63,195 nucleotides of DNA, filler included, from Trichomonas gallinae (GCA_008369845.1; 6 parts of 6 records of this genome joined end to end with filler, not necessarily neighbours in it), one strand, 5' to 3'; positions 20,522-31,204 are shown, counted from the first letter of the whole stretch. The notes: generated by a model not told the origin, from the letters alone. Made by a program: numbers and translations.

Positions 20522-23143
20522 GACGTCAACGACCAGACGACCGATGTTCTTCATGTTGAAGTCTTTGACCACGATGACAACAACAGCGACGACATCATTG
20601 GGACTGTTGACATTCCAATCAAGGACTTGAGTGTTGAATCTCCAGTTGAGCAAGACTACGAACTTCACAAGGAGGGTGGCCATCGCAATAACCGCGGCAC
20701 CATCCACCTCAAACTCAAACTTCATCTTGATCGTGAAGCTGAGTCATCAGAAGACGAAAAGGCTCCAGAAATGATCCCAACAGCTTCAGTCGTTGTCGTT
20801 TCATCTTCTTCATCTGATGATGACGAAGAAAAGGAAGTCGCACCAGCAATGACACGTGCTGTCGACAGCATCGAAGAAGAGGAAGAGGAGGGCGAGCTCC
20901 ACCTCGAAGTCACAGTCGTCTCCGCAGAAGATCTTCCTGTCATGGATGCCACATTCGCATGCGATCCATATGTTATCTTGAAAGTCAACGAAGACGGCGA
21001 AGAGTTCAAGACAGACGTTGTCAAGAGGAACAAGAATCCAGTTTGGAACGCCAAGTTCTCTTTCCCGATGAAGGACTACCAGACAGATGTCTTATACATC
21101 AAGTGCATGGACTACGACGAGAAGGGCGAGCACGATGAAATCGGCGCAGCTACAATCGACCTCAAGGAAATCGACATCGACCAGCAGACAGAGAAGAAGG
21201 TCAAGCTCCAGAGAAAGGCCTTCATCCAGAAAGACAGAGGCGATGTTTTGCTTAAATTATTGGTCACATGGAGAGAAGAGAAGAAGGACATCAAGGAGGA
21301 GATGAGCGAGAGTGTCATCATTCCTCAGAAGCCTAAAGAGAAGAACTACATTGTCATCAACGGCAAAGTCTTCGAGTTCAACGAGCCGGACGAGGAAGAA
21401 GAGCTCAAGGAATATTCAGCACCAGTCACAAACGAAGATTTGGAATCTAATGAAGAAAAGAAAATAGTTTTGGTTTCTGTTACAAAGACAGTCAAGAAGG
21501 AGGTCGACGTTTACGACTACGAAGGCGAAGACCCAGCAGCCAGAATCCAGGGCTACAAGATGACAAAGCGCGAAATCGAGTTCGTCCAAGAGACAATGGA
21601 AGAAGTCCCAGAGGACGAAGCCAAGGAGAAGAACATGCCAATCGTCGACACAACAGCAATGAAGTCATGGCAGACACCAGCTCCTCCGATCGAGATCAAC
21701 GAGGCAAGACGCCAGAAGCTCTTCGAAAGCGACGAAGAGGAGGAAGAAGAGGAAGAGAAGCCGCTCGCAATACAGTGGTTCATGCACCTCGACGTCATCA
21801 AGGCTGATGGTTTGCCAACAACTGACATCCTCGGAGGCTCAGATCCATACTGCTGCGTTTACGTCACAGAGCAGGAGGAAAAGAAGCAGAAGACCCAGGT
21901 CATCACGAACAACAAGTCGCCGCAGTGGGACGAACACTTGGCTTTTGATTTGAATCTCCCAGACAAGTACGATAACGAACCAACAGGCAGAAAGGTTATC
22001 GTTGAGCTTTGGGACTACGATCACACAGGCAACGACGACTTGATCGGCCACAACGAGATTGATCTCGGCGAATACCTCGACGAGCAGGACCACGAGATAG
22101 AGTTGCATATGTACAAAGACCTCGAAAACCAAGAGAAAGATGAAGGAAAGGTTTATCTCAACCTCAGACTTGTCCGCAAGGAAGTTTTGCCATCTTCTGA
22201 CAAGAAGAAGCGCGATCCTAACCAGCCACACAAGTTCCTCGCACAGGATAACGACGACACAGTCGAGGAGGTGAAGCCGAAGTTGTTAGAGAAAAAGTCA
22301 TCGACTGCTACAAAGCGCGATCTTACGTTAGACCCCGATGAAGAGCTCAATGACGATAAGCAGCCAAAGAAGAAGTCCAAATATCTTATATCATCATCTT
22401 CATCATCATCAGACGAAGAGGACAGCAACAGGAGGAATAAGAAGAGCTGGGCTGATAACCACAAGAAGAACGTCAAGCTCAACAAGAAGTACATCCCAAT
22501 CAGAGATGAAGAGAAGAAGAAGAACAACGAAGAGAGCGAAATCCCAGACGAGCTCTTCTCCGCCAACGAACTTAAGTCACCACGCAAGCTCAGAGACATC
22601 CGCAGGAAGCAGGAAGAGATCCTCGAGACGAAGCGCATAGAGCGCGCAAAGAAGCAGAAGCTTGCTTCACCATACACACCGAAGAAGCGCAGGATGGACG
22701 ACTCCGTTTCTTCATCCGAATCAGGATCAGAAGAAGAGAAGAAGCCAAAGTCAAAGTGGCTCGATCTTCCAGAGGATGACCCAGCATACGAAGATAAGAA
22801 TGCGCGCGTCATCGATGTTCCTATGAACCACACAGTGAGAAACTCTCCAAAGCGCCGCAAAGTTCCAAAGAAAGTCATCAAGGATGAAGACTCAAGGTCT
22901 CAGTCTAAGAAGCAGGAGGTGGCACCTAAGCAGAACGAAGAGGAGGATATCTTCGTCATGACACGCGAGGCAAACATCTCCATCAAGTCTGAGTCGAAGA
23001 AGAATGAGAAGTCACAATCAAAGAAAGAAGAAAAGTCTCAGTCAAAGAAGGAAGAAAAATCCCATAAATCTAAGAAGTCATCATCTTCTTCATCATCTGA
23101 TGACGAAAACAAAGCTCGCACAGTTCCAAAGCGTGATGATTAG
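20522..23143 (+). CDS. Multi-C2-domain protein, 5' end lost in the gap
   Basis: Frame is open from the first base after the gap (DVNDQTTDVLHVEVFDHDDNNSDDIIG = end of a C2 domain). Two more C2 domains keep their Ca2+-binding Asp residues (DPY...DYD...D); acidic/Ser-rich tail. Confidence 0.9.
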   Translation, partial: DVNDQTTDVLHVEVFDHDDNNSDDIIGTVDIPIKDLSVESPVEQDYELHKEGGHRNNRGTIHLKLKLHLDREAESSEDEKAPEMIPTASVVVVSSSSSDDDEEKEVAPAMTRAVDSIEEEEEEGELHLEVTVVSAEDLPVMDATFACDPYVILKVNEDGEEFKTDVVKRNKNPVWNAKFSFPMKDYQTDVLYIKCMDYDEKGEHDEIGAATIDLKEIDIDQQTEKKVKLQRKAFIQKDRGDVLLKLLVTWREEKKDIKEEMSESVIIPQKPKEKNYIVINGKVFEFNEPDEEEELKEYSAPVTNEDLESNEEKKIVLVSVTKTVKKEVDVYDYEGEDPAARIQGYKMTKREIEFVQETMEEVPEDEAKEKNMPIVDTTAMKSWQTPAPPIEINEARRQKLFESDEEEEEEEEKPLAIQWFMHLDVIKADGLPTTDILGGSDPYCCVYVTEQEEKKQKTQVITNNKSPQWDEHLAFDLNLPDKYDNEPTGRKVIVELWDYDHTGNDDLIGHNEIDLGEYLDEQDHEIELHMYKDLENQEKDEGKVYLNLRLVRKEVLPSSDKKKRDPNQPHKFLAQDNDDTVEEVKPKLLEKKSSTATKRDLTLDPDEELNDDKQPKKKSKYLISSSSSSSDEEDSNRRNKKSWADNHKKNVKLNKKYIPIRDEEKKKNNEESEIPDELFSANELKSPRKLRDIRRKQEEILETKRIERAKKQKLASPYTPKKRRMDDSVSSSESGSEEEKKPKSKWLDLPEDDPAYEDKNARVIDVPMNHTVRNSPKRRKVPKKVIKDEDSRSQSKKQEVAPKQNEEEDIFVMTREANISIKSESKKNEKSQSKKEEKSQSKKEEKSHKSKKSSSSSSSDDENKARTVPKRDD

Positions 23144-23704
23144 TTTTTTGTGTTATATTAGCTTCTCTTGTTGAATAAAAATCCAAAATTATATTCTTTA
23201 AAATTATAACTTTACTGTTAATTATATCCATTTTGTCACATATATATAGATAGAATGTTTTTATCTAGTTTTCATAGGAATACTAACCAGATCTCGAAAT
23301 TCGAATCGATTTTCGAAGGTGTGCAAATTCACATCATATTCATATAGGAGACCCCTATGGACATAAGGAAACATACTATGCTATTTTTATTTCGAAAAAA
23401 TAACTCTTTTGCCTCTGTTGACAGGTTTTTCCCTGGACTATATTTGAGACAATAATATTGATATAATGCTACAAAATTAAAATTCTGACGCAGTATTGAT
23501 ACTTAAAAAAAAAAAAAAAAAACCGTGAATTAATGGCAACTCCTCCAACGGTATCATGAGCAGTGACAGAATCTACAATAAAAAAAGATATTCAAAATTT
23601 TACCCCAAAATTAACAACAGCTCCACCAATGATATGATAAAAAGGAACTTAATATACTTTCAAATACATTGGTAGACGATTACATAGTCAAAAAACAATT
23701 TTTT

Positions 23705-24505
23705 TTAGTGGAAAATCTTGTTGAGAGGAACTGCAAGAAGTTTGACAACTTCTTTATGATCTTCTTCTAAAGCAACAGTCAAAGCATTTTCACTATCTTC
23801 ATCTTCATAGCCTACATTTATTTCAGGAACTGAGAGAAGTAGTTTGACAACTTCATGATTACCATATGCTGAAGCAAGAATCAAAGATGAATAAGTGGCA
23901 ATATCTGTTGCATTGACATTTATACTAGGAACTGTAAGAAGGAGATTGACAATGTCAGGATATCCATTACGTGAAGCCCACATCAGAGCTGATCTGTTGT
24001 ATTTGCCTTGTGCATTGATATCAATTTTAGGAATTGTGAGAATGAGTTTGATAACTTCGATATGACCTTTGTTTGAAGCATTTATCAAAGATTTATTAGC
24101 ATCAAAATGTGGAATTTTTTGGATAAATCTAAGAAACTCAGTATCATTGCAGAATCCATAGATATTATTGCTGTTTCCACTAAATTCTATTATGAGACGA
24201 GCAAGCTGGGTATTGGATTCCTTGATTGCACGATCAAAGACTGTTTCACCAATTTTGTTTTTAACTTCGCAAAATTTCTCTTTCACACCAAAATTCATGG
24301 CGTCGAAATCGTTTTCTACTGCGATTACATTGAATGTATTATAGATTTTGTCAAACATTTCTTTGGTTTTATTTAGTTTTTTCAGAATCTCAATATTTTT
24401 ATTCATAGTTTGGCCTTGTATTTCTGTGGAAACCAACTGCGTCTCAGAAGGTGAAAATTGCCTGGATTGTAAGTTATCGACGACTTTTCTTTCGAAAGAT
24501 TCCAT
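23705..24505 (-). CDS. Ankyrin-repeat protein (266 aa)
   Basis: About four ankyrin repeats (SALMWASRNGYPDIVNLLL...INVNA). Confidence 0.88.
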   Translation of the reverse strand: MESFERKVVDNLQSRQFSPSETQLVSTEIQGQTMNKNIEILKKLNKTKEMFDKIYNTFNVIAVENDFDAMNFGVKEKFCEVKNKIGETVFDRAIKESNTQLARLIIEFSGNSNNIYGFCNDTEFLRFIQKIPHFDANKSLINASNKGHIEVIKLILTIPKIDINAQGKYNRSALMWASRNGYPDIVNLLLTVPSINVNATDIATYSSLILASAYGNHEVVKLLLSVPEINVGYEDEDSENALTVALEEDHKEVVKLLAVPLNKIFH

Positions 24506-24632
24506 TAATTGGTTAATAAAAAGTGAATCAAAGAAAAAAAAAGTCGTTTTGAAAAAATAGTCGTCATATAAATTATTGTTCAGAAAAAATCTCCATCAAA
24601 TCCTATTTATTTAAATTCTATCATTGCTTTAT

Positions 24633-24734
24633 TCAGGAATAAAAGATGCTTGAAATGACTCAAAATTGAAGGAGCAAGAATAAAAATATACTGCCAATTT
24701 TTGAACTTCACTCAAAAATTGGCGTATATTTTTT
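24633..24734 (+). repeat. Dispersed ~102-bp hairpin element, copy A
   Basis: About 87/102 ungapped identity to 61819-61920; stem-loop at 24682-24733. Confidence 0.9.
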
Positions 24735-24801
24735 TATATGTGTTCACCAAAGGTGCCGATTCCCAAAATGTGACACTTATCAAAAATCCACAATGTTAAT
24801 A

Positions 24802-24877
24802 CTGTCCCCCGTTTTTCTGATGTCAGACAGCTTTTTCGATACGTATTCAATTTCTTGGGACCCAAAGTGGCAGGACA
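24802..24877 (+). mobile_element. Putative TA-target (Tc1/mariner/pogo-type) transposon tip
   Basis: TA (24800-24801) then CTGTCCCCCG...; the contig ends 76 bp later. Confidence 0.4.
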
Positions 24878-24977
24878 NNNNNNNNNNNNNNNNNNNNNNN
24901 NNNNNNNNNNNNNNNNNNNNNTTAATTAATTAANNNNNNNNNNNNNNNNNNNNNNNNNNNNNNNNNNNNNNNNNNNN
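24878..24977. other. Artificial scaffold linker
   Basis: N44-TTAATTAATTAA-N44. Confidence 0.98.
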
Positions 24978-25140
24978 CCAACACAAACACCAAAATTACC
25001 AGACCCAACACAAACACCAAAATTACCAGACCCAACACAAACACCAAAATTACCAGATCCAACACAAACACCAAATTTACCAGACCCAACACAAACACCA
25101 AATTTACCAAAACAAACACCAAATTTACCAAAACAAACAG
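24978..25140 (+). repeat. Coding minisatellite, 27-bp unit (PTQTPKLPD) decaying to 21-bp units
   Basis: CCAACACAAACACCAAAWTTACCAGAY repeated about five times and running into the gap. Confidence 0.92.
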
Positions 25141-25427
25141 AAAAACCACAACTACCAGAAGCAACGAATAAACCAGAGGAACCAGAAAAACCAAGCGAAA
25201 AACCTGATGAAAATCAGCCAACACCAGAGAATACTGAGAAGCCAGATGATAGTTCGAAAGAAGGAAAAAGCAATACAACTAAAGTTGTTGGGATTTCAGT
25301 AGGTGCTGTTTTAGGAGTTGTTGCAGTTGCTGCAATTATTGCTGTTTCTGTTTATATTATCAAGAAGTCAAATAGAATGTATGCAAATGATGAGATATCT
25401 GTTGATCTTAACAATCAAGTTCCATGA
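24978..25427 (+). CDS. 3' part of a type I surface protein (Pro/Thr repeat stalk, TM, short tail); absent from the ORF track
   Basis: 149 sense codons from the gap to TGA: (PTQTP[K/N]LPD)n, then VVGISVGAVLGVVAVAAIIAVSVYII-KKSNRMYANDEISVDLNNQVP*. Confidence 0.88.
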   Translation, partial: PTQTPKLPDPTQTPKLPDPTQTPKLPDPTQTPNLPDPTQTPNLPKQTPNLPKQTEKPQLPEATNKPEEPEKPSEKPDENQPTPENTEKPDDSSKEGKSNTTKVVGISVGAVLGVVAVAAIIAVSVYIIKKSNRMYANDEISVDLNNQVP

Positions 25428-25886
25428 AAAAACATTATTGTTTTTAATAAAAATCGCGTTATTAGTCTATTATATAATTCACATTTAATATTAAATCTCG
25501 CAATTGTAATAAAACATTGTATCAAACTCTATAAATATGCACAGTGATACATAGAGGATCTATAAATAAATTGCCTTGATTGTGTATCAATAGGATATTT
25601 TCATAACAATGTTTTTTTTTATCAACAACTATTTTAATTATTGGATTGAGCAAAATAGATGGATTATATTTTAATGATATATAATAAAAGCACGAAATTG
25701 CAATTTTTTATTAATGAAAATTTGAAATCTTGTTATTTGGTTGTAAAAATTTGATAAATAGATATATAATAGAGAATATATTACAAAAAGCAAATAAATG
25801 AATTTTCCCGCGAAATCCAGTTTACAAAATAATCGTGCAAAAAAAGTAAAATGGAAGGACAGCGATTTCACTTTTTCCTTTCTCCG

Positions 25887-26741
25887 ATGAAAGACGACGA
25901 AGAATGCCAAAATAACTTTATAGACGAGAATAGACAGTTCATTCCTGAATTGGAAAAGAACTTATACGAGCAATCTCTTCATAACCTGTTGCTCGGCGTC
26001 CAAACACACAAAACACAAATGCAAAGTAATTTACAACAAGGTCACCTCAAAAATCTTGGCTTTTTGATCTCAATTTTCAATGATCCAAGATTCGATTTAT
26101 TAAATCTCCCGAGAATGCTATATGACGAGTTTAACGTATCATTCAGCTTCGAATTCCATCAAAAAGCTTTCACTTTATCACTCGCTGATGGCTCGCAAAC
26201 GAAAACTTTTCAATATACACCTAAATCTCGCGAATTAATCAGATGCCTTGAAACGGGACGAATTTCTCAAGAACTTCTCGAATTATTTAAGACATACGGA
26301 AAGATACAATGGGCTGATGGCTCAATAATTGTCAGAATAACAGATTATCGCTTTGATCCTCCGAGATCATATGCATATCCACTCACTATTGGTGCTGATA
26401 TTATTTTATCATACGGGGAACGCGAAATGTCGGAAGAAGCACATCTTGAAGTGCAACGAAATATTTTATTGACAGCAAATCCAGATTTGGCACTTGATCC
26501 ATCACCAGATGTGTCAAGGATTAACTCAGTGCTTGATGAAAGAATCAAAATGTGGGATTCTGGACCAGAACGAAGAGAAACATTTCCAAATACATTACAG
26601 CCTCCAACACAGTCACAGCAAAGCTCAGCGCCTAAGAAGCCAATCAATACTATCAAGCTCAAGAAGAGCACACAGCCTCTTTACTTCCCGCAGGCGATTT
26701 ACACAATATTCTCTAATAGCCTTCCTCCACCACCAAAGTAA
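25887..26741 (+). CDS. Spt20-family (SAGA subunit-like) protein
   Basis: YTPKSRELIRCLETGRISQELLELF...DGSIIVRITDYR...ILLTANPDLALDPS matches the Spt20 domain pattern. Inr-like TCACT at 25868 favours ATG 25887 over 25851. Confidence 0.75.
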   Translation: MKDDEECQNNFIDENRQFIPELEKNLYEQSLHNLLLGVQTHKTQMQSNLQQGHLKNLGFLISIFNDPRFDLLNLPRMLYDEFNVSFSFEFHQKAFTLSLADGSQTKTFQYTPKSRELIRCLETGRISQELLELFKTYGKIQWADGSIIVRITDYRFDPPRSYAYPLTIGADIILSYGEREMSEEAHLEVQRNILLTANPDLALDPSPDVSRINSVLDERIKMWDSGPERRETFPNTLQPPTQSQQSSAPKKPINTIKLKKSTQPLYFPQAIYTIFSNSLPPPPK

Positions 26742-26869
26742 TGCTGTTCGTTGTTGTTTAATAGATATAAATTTGCTTTTATGTAATTAACTTCGAAATT
26801 TCATATTTCATTTCTTTAATTATTATGATTATGCAAAATCTATCATATGAAACCATTATTAACATCGTA

Positions 26870-27340
26870 TATATCTTTATGTGATGTATATTTTGCGCAA
26901 TTTTCAAATTTTTTTTTGGAATTCCAAATATATCATTTTACATCAAGACTTGCATTAACAGAAGCATAATTCAAAGCTGTTTTGTTTAAAATGTCTTTTG
27001 CATTGATATCTATCTCAGGAATATTGAAAAAAATATTGACGATTTCATTATAGCCAAAAAATGAAGCAAAACTCAAAGGAGTAAAGCCGATATTATCTCT
27101 AGATTTAATGTCAATTCCTGATTTGACCATAAGACTAATCTAGTTTTCTCTGTATCTGCAAATTCCTTTAATTTTTTTTGAAGTTGAAGTTTACTATTTG
27201 AGTTCACTTCAATGATGCAGATTCGTATTGCAAATGTATTTGTTGTGCTTGCATCATAAATATGCGATCGTTGAGTGTTTATCGAGTTGAATTTTCGTTC
27301 ATTTTTTCTGACTTGAATATTACGAAAATAGTTTTTATTA
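26870..27340 (-). pseudogene. Ankyrin-repeat pseudogene fragment
   Basis: GFTPLSFASFFGYNEIVNIF...IDINAKDILNKTALNYAS ends at an early TGA; the upstream part is in another frame. Confidence 0.7.
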
Positions 27341-27354
27341 CAATACAAAAATGA

Positions 27355-29256
27355 TTAATTTGGTCTCATTCTTCTGTCCAATTTTGCAGCAACTGCATCA
27401 TAGTCTAATCCCATTTCATTGGCAAGCTGCCTTAGTTCTGGTTCGCTCTTTCCCTTGAACTCATCCTTTGCACTCACCGCAGACATGTCATGGAACTGGA
27501 AAGAAGTCTGCATTCTCTCTCTGTCCGCGATTTGCCGCATTTTCTGTTTCTCTCTTTCCATTTTTTCAGCTCTTTTCTCTCTTTTAGCGCTTATTTCTTC
27601 TAGTTCTCTCAGTGTGCTTAATCTCTTCTTTTCCTGCCTCTCAGCCGCAAGTTTAACATCCTCCGCTTTAAGTTTTTCTATTGCGTGAGAAATTTGAATT
27701 TGCTTCATTTTCTGTTCGTTTACTTGAATCAAGTTCTTCTCCGCTCTTCCTTCGTTTTCTTCCAATGCTTTCTCTTTGAGCATCTGCTTCTCGGCCGCTT
27801 TTCTTTCCCTCTCGAGTTTGGCTTCTGCTGCTTTCTTTTCATTCATTTCGCGCTTCTTTTGGAGATAATTTATCCTTTCTTCTCTGTTTCTGTTGAATGC
27901 TTCTTCTTTCTTCTGCATTTCTTTGATCGTCTCGTTCCTCCTTCTTTCCATTTCGCTTTCGCGCGCTGCTTTTATCTCTCCTGTTCTTCGCTCTTTTTCT
28001 TGTTCTTCTTTCAGGTTTTTCTCGGCCAATTCTCTCTGCTTTATTGTTCTTTCCATTTGCAGTTGCTCTGCGTGTTCTGCTGCTCTCTGTTCATTCTTTG
28101 CTATCTTAGCTTTTGCTGCTTTTATCTTTCTGGTTTGGATTCTTTCTGCGTTTGCTAATTTTCGATTTACGTCCATTTCGTCTTCAAGCGATTTCTGATG
28201 TCTGGCTTCTTCATTCTCAGCCCTCATATCAGCAATATGCTGCTCTTTTCGCTCTTGCGTTAAGAAATAATTATTTATAAATTCTTTTCTATCTTTTTCG
28301 CGAGCTGCGAAGCGCATTGTTCTTATTTTCTTCTTTTCATTTTCAATTCTACGCTTTTCTTCTAGTTCTCTCATTCTTTGTTCTTCTTTTTCGATTGCTT
28401 TCTGTAAATCGATTTGTTTTTGCTTTTGATCGCGTAAATCAGCAATTGCTTGCATCAGTCTATCTTCAGCAGCATCACGTGCAATCTTTTGTGCACCTTT
28501 TGCTGCTGCAATTGAAAGATTTGTGTATAATTCTCTCGCTTTTTCAGTATCAAGTTGTATTTGAGTATCTTGGTATTCTCTAAGCCTTATTAAAGCTTCT
28601 CGTTCCTCTATAACCGTCTGAATCGTTGAATCAACTCTGCGATTTAATCTTTCGATTGCAACATCAAGCAAACTGTCGTCTGCCGCATATTGCACCAGTT
28701 CCTCATTCGATGGATAACACAATTCACTCTGTTGAATATCAAGTCTCTGCATAGCAATCAGAGATAAATCTTCATTTATCGGTTTTGGATCGCTAGGATC
28801 GAAATCTAGGATCGATACGATAACCTTCGTTTTAGAGCGCACAGATGGAGTCTTCGGCTGAAGCGAAGGAAGATTTGGTAAAGAGTCGTCGCACGTTATT
28901 TCATCGAATAGTGGAATTTCTTCAGGATCCGATTTTTTAGTCTTTGGTTTGGTAAATGGCGCGGATTTCGAGTAATTGTTGTTTACTGTTTTGGCTGGAA
29001 TCGTTAATTCGGTGATGAAAGATTTTTTCTGCATGCTTGAGTAATTAAGAGAATGCATTTGCTTGATTTCACGCTTTCTACTCGACGAATTCGGGTTATT
29101 TCCGAGATTTGCTCGAATCATTGGTATTTTTGGGACGCAAAACAAGCTGTTGTTTCTTGTTTGAGCCCTGCTGTATATCTTGATTTCGTTCTCTGGTGGA
29201 CCAATCGAAGTCTCAGTGTTCTTCCGAACATCACTAACATGGTTATATGTGCTCAT
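27355..29256 (-). CDS. Long charged coiled-coil protein of unknown function (633 aa)
   Basis: E/K/R-rich helical C-terminal two-thirds; disordered N-terminus. Confidence 0.85.
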   Translation of the reverse strand: MSTYNHVSDVRKNTETSIGPPENEIKIYSRAQTRNNSLFCVPKIPMIRANLGNNPNSSSRKREIKQMHSLNYSSMQKKSFITELTIPAKTVNNNYSKSAPFTKPKTKKSDPEEIPLFDEITCDDSLPNLPSLQPKTPSVRSKTKVIVSILDFDPSDPKPINEDLSLIAMQRLDIQQSELCYPSNEELVQYAADDSLLDVAIERLNRRVDSTIQTVIEEREALIRLREYQDTQIQLDTEKARELYTNLSIAAAKGAQKIARDAAEDRLMQAIADLRDQKQKQIDLQKAIEKEEQRMRELEEKRRIENEKKKIRTMRFAAREKDRKEFINNYFLTQERKEQHIADMRAENEEARHQKSLEDEMDVNRKLANAERIQTRKIKAAKAKIAKNEQRAAEHAEQLQMERTIKQRELAEKNLKEEQEKERRTGEIKAARESEMERRRNETIKEMQKKEEAFNRNREERINYLQKKREMNEKKAAEAKLERERKAAEKQMLKEKALEENEGRAEKNLIQVNEQKMKQIQISHAIEKLKAEDVKLAAERQEKKRLSTLRELEEISAKREKRAEKMEREKQKMRQIADRERMQTSFQFHDMSAVSAKDEFKGKSEPELRQLANEMGLDYDAVAAKLDRRMRPN

Positions 29257-29364
29257 TTTTTTTTAAATTTTTGGGACGTTTTTTTGAATTTTTGAAAATT
29301 TTGATCAAATCGGATCATTTATTCATTTTAACAGTCAATATTATCAAATAAAATATTTTACATA

Positions 29365-29565
29365 ATTTTTGTCAAGTAAATTATAACTATTGTCAAATAA
29401 TCAATACTTATGTCATGTAAATCATATTTTTTGTTAAAAAATATGTTGTGTAAATCAATTTTATTGTCATGTAAATAAATTTTATTGTCAAATATTGAAT
29501 TTTTGTCGCGTAAATTATTTTTATTGTCAAAATTCAATGATTCCCTTATAAAATATTGTCATTAT
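29365..29565. repeat. Degenerate ~20-bp-period TGTCA array
   Basis: TGTCA or a near match at 29370, 29391, 29411, 29432, 29465, 29486, 29504, 29525 and 29557. Confidence 0.7.
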
Positions 29566-29815
29566 GATTTGTTTATTGTTCACTCAGCGTGGAATAATGT
29601 TACCGTTTCCCAACACCAATATAATTTTCGGTCTCCACGACCCTCAATATGTGAACCATAGTATATTGCATCATTGTCAGAAAACCGTTTTGCAACTCTT
29701 TATATATGACGTGTAAACATTCCCTTTTTTGCCAGGTATTATTTTTTGACGCGTAAACTTTACATTCAAGAAAAACGACACTTTTTTTGTCTAAAAAATC
29801 ATATTTATTTCTTAA

Positions 29816-30511
29816 ATGCTTCCCTTCCCAGCAGATCACGCGATCAAAATCATGAATAAATTGTCAGAAAAACAGACATCTGTTCTTTTTTCTCGTCCTG
29901 TTGATCCACAAGAAGACGATTGCCCGGATTATTACAAAGTAATCAAGAAGCCAATGGATTTGGGAACAATAAGACAGAAAATTGACTTGGGGCAGTATAA
30001 AACAGTCCACGAGTGGCGCCAAGACATGGAACTAATCTGGTCAAACTCATTAAAGTATAACGCTAAGCTGCCATTCATGGTTGCAATTACTAAAGATCTT
30101 CGCGAAAACTTCAGAGAATTGTCAAACGAGTTGAGTGATTTCCCAGAAACCGATTGGTACACGAGATTGAAAAGATTAGAAAACGATCTACACAAGTTAA
30201 TGGAAAGTGCACCAGAGAAATACAAAGCTCGAGAGAGACATACAAAGAAACAGCCGCCACTTTCTGAAGAACAGAAGTCAAAGCGAAAAGTTAAACCACC
30301 AACACAAGAAGAAATACAGAGACTCACACGCGATATACATAACATAAATAACGAAGAACATTTACGTCAAATAGTACAAGTCATTTGTGATAACGAAAAC
30401 AATTATAATGATAAGAAAGAATTACTTGAGGTCAACATGAATAACATTCATATTCAAACGTTCTACGACCTCAGAGTCAAAGTTGATGCTTTTCTAGAAA
30501 ATTGTAAATAG
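29816..30511 (+). CDS. Bromodomain + ET-domain (BET/GTE-like) protein (231 aa)
   Basis: FSRPVDP...DYYKVIKKPMDLGTI...NSLKYN with the conserved Asn; C-terminal TQEEIQRLTRDI...LEVNMNNI is ET-like. Confidence 0.9.
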   Translation: MLPFPADHAIKIMNKLSEKQTSVLFSRPVDPQEDDCPDYYKVIKKPMDLGTIRQKIDLGQYKTVHEWRQDMELIWSNSLKYNAKLPFMVAITKDLRENFRELSNELSDFPETDWYTRLKRLENDLHKLMESAPEKYKARERHTKKQPPLSEEQKSKRKVKPPTQEEIQRLTRDIHNINNEEHLRQIVQVICDNENNYNDKKELLEVNMNNIHIQTFYDLRVKVDAFLENCK

Positions 30512-30646
30512 ATGTTTAATTATGCGTTTTCATCTCATTGTTATTGATTGCTCACTATACAGTAGTATTTTATATATAATAAAGGTTGATATTATTTCAA
30601 AAAAATGATTCAATTTTCATTATGATATACAAAATTTACCACTGTA

Positions 30647-30723
30647 AGTAGGGGAAATTACTATGAATTATGTATTCATTTGATATGACAATTTAGAATC
30701 TGTGATTAAACGAGGAATTTTCG
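30647..30723 (+). mobile_element. Putative repeat tip beginning AGTAG (Maverick/Polinton-like terminus?)
   Basis: AGTAGGGGAAATTAC starts 77 bp before the contig end; only position and the first bases support this call. Confidence 0.3.
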
Positions 30724-30823
30724 NNNNNNNNNNNNNNNNNNNNNNNNNNNNNNNNNNNNNNNNNNNNTTAATTAATTAANNNNNNNNNNNNNNNNNNNNN
30801 NNNNNNNNNNNNNNNNNNNNNNN
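30724..30823. other. Artificial scaffold linker
   Basis: N44-TTAATTAATTAA-N44. Confidence 0.98.
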
Positions 30824-30825
30824 GA

Positions 30826-30881
30826 GCACGACGCGATAGCGTCGTGCGAGGATTTTTTTTGCGTAGTTTTTTACGCAAAAA
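30826..30881. repeat. Double hairpin at a contig start
   Basis: GCACGACGC-GATA-GCGTCGTGC (30826-30847) and TTTTTGCGTA-GTTTTT-TACGCAAAAA (30856-30881). Confidence 0.85.
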
Positions 30882-31167
30882 GTGAGCCTTTTAGCATCGT
30901 TATGAGTACACTTCTGGTGTCAGAAAGGTGAGAACTTATTTAGGAAGCCTTAGTTTAATAACCCTGCAATAAAGGGTAAAAAGGGTAAAAAATACACTTT
31001 TGTTGACGGTACAAAGACATGATATTTTCATATTTTTGCAAAAAAATTATTAATATTTATTAAAGTTACACTCTTCATCTGCTGATCGTTTAAGATATCT
31101 CGTTTTTTTTTAAAATATTATTTATCCATTAAAAAAAGAAAAACGTTATTTAAAAAAAAAATTTAAA

Positions 31168-31175
31168 AAAGTGAC
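31168..31175 (+). promoter_or_regulatory. AAAGTGAC upstream motif (recalled as a Trichomonas core-promoter motif)
   Basis: About 30 nt before ATG 31205; also at 48896-48903 and twice, inverted, at 44207-44237. Confidence 0.5.
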
Positions 31176-31204
31176 GATTATAAACTACGGAAAAATAAAT
31201 TTGA

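Noticed and set aside
20722..22881. Long antisense ORFs over the C2 gene (also at 1471, 27685, 42020, 58695)
   Set aside because: Shadows of codon bias and low-complexity sense proteins; Ser/Phe-rich with no recognisable domains.
24922..25278. Hydrophobic repeat ORF (LVILVFVLG)n on the minus strand
   Set aside because: Antisense of the PTQTPKLPD stalk; the plus frame has the coherent stalk-TM-tail structure.
29365..29565. CRISPR-like interpretation of periodic repeats (also 6281-6475 and 49703-49772)
   Set aside because: Eukaryotic context, no conserved 23-47-bp repeat with unique spacers, and no cas genes.
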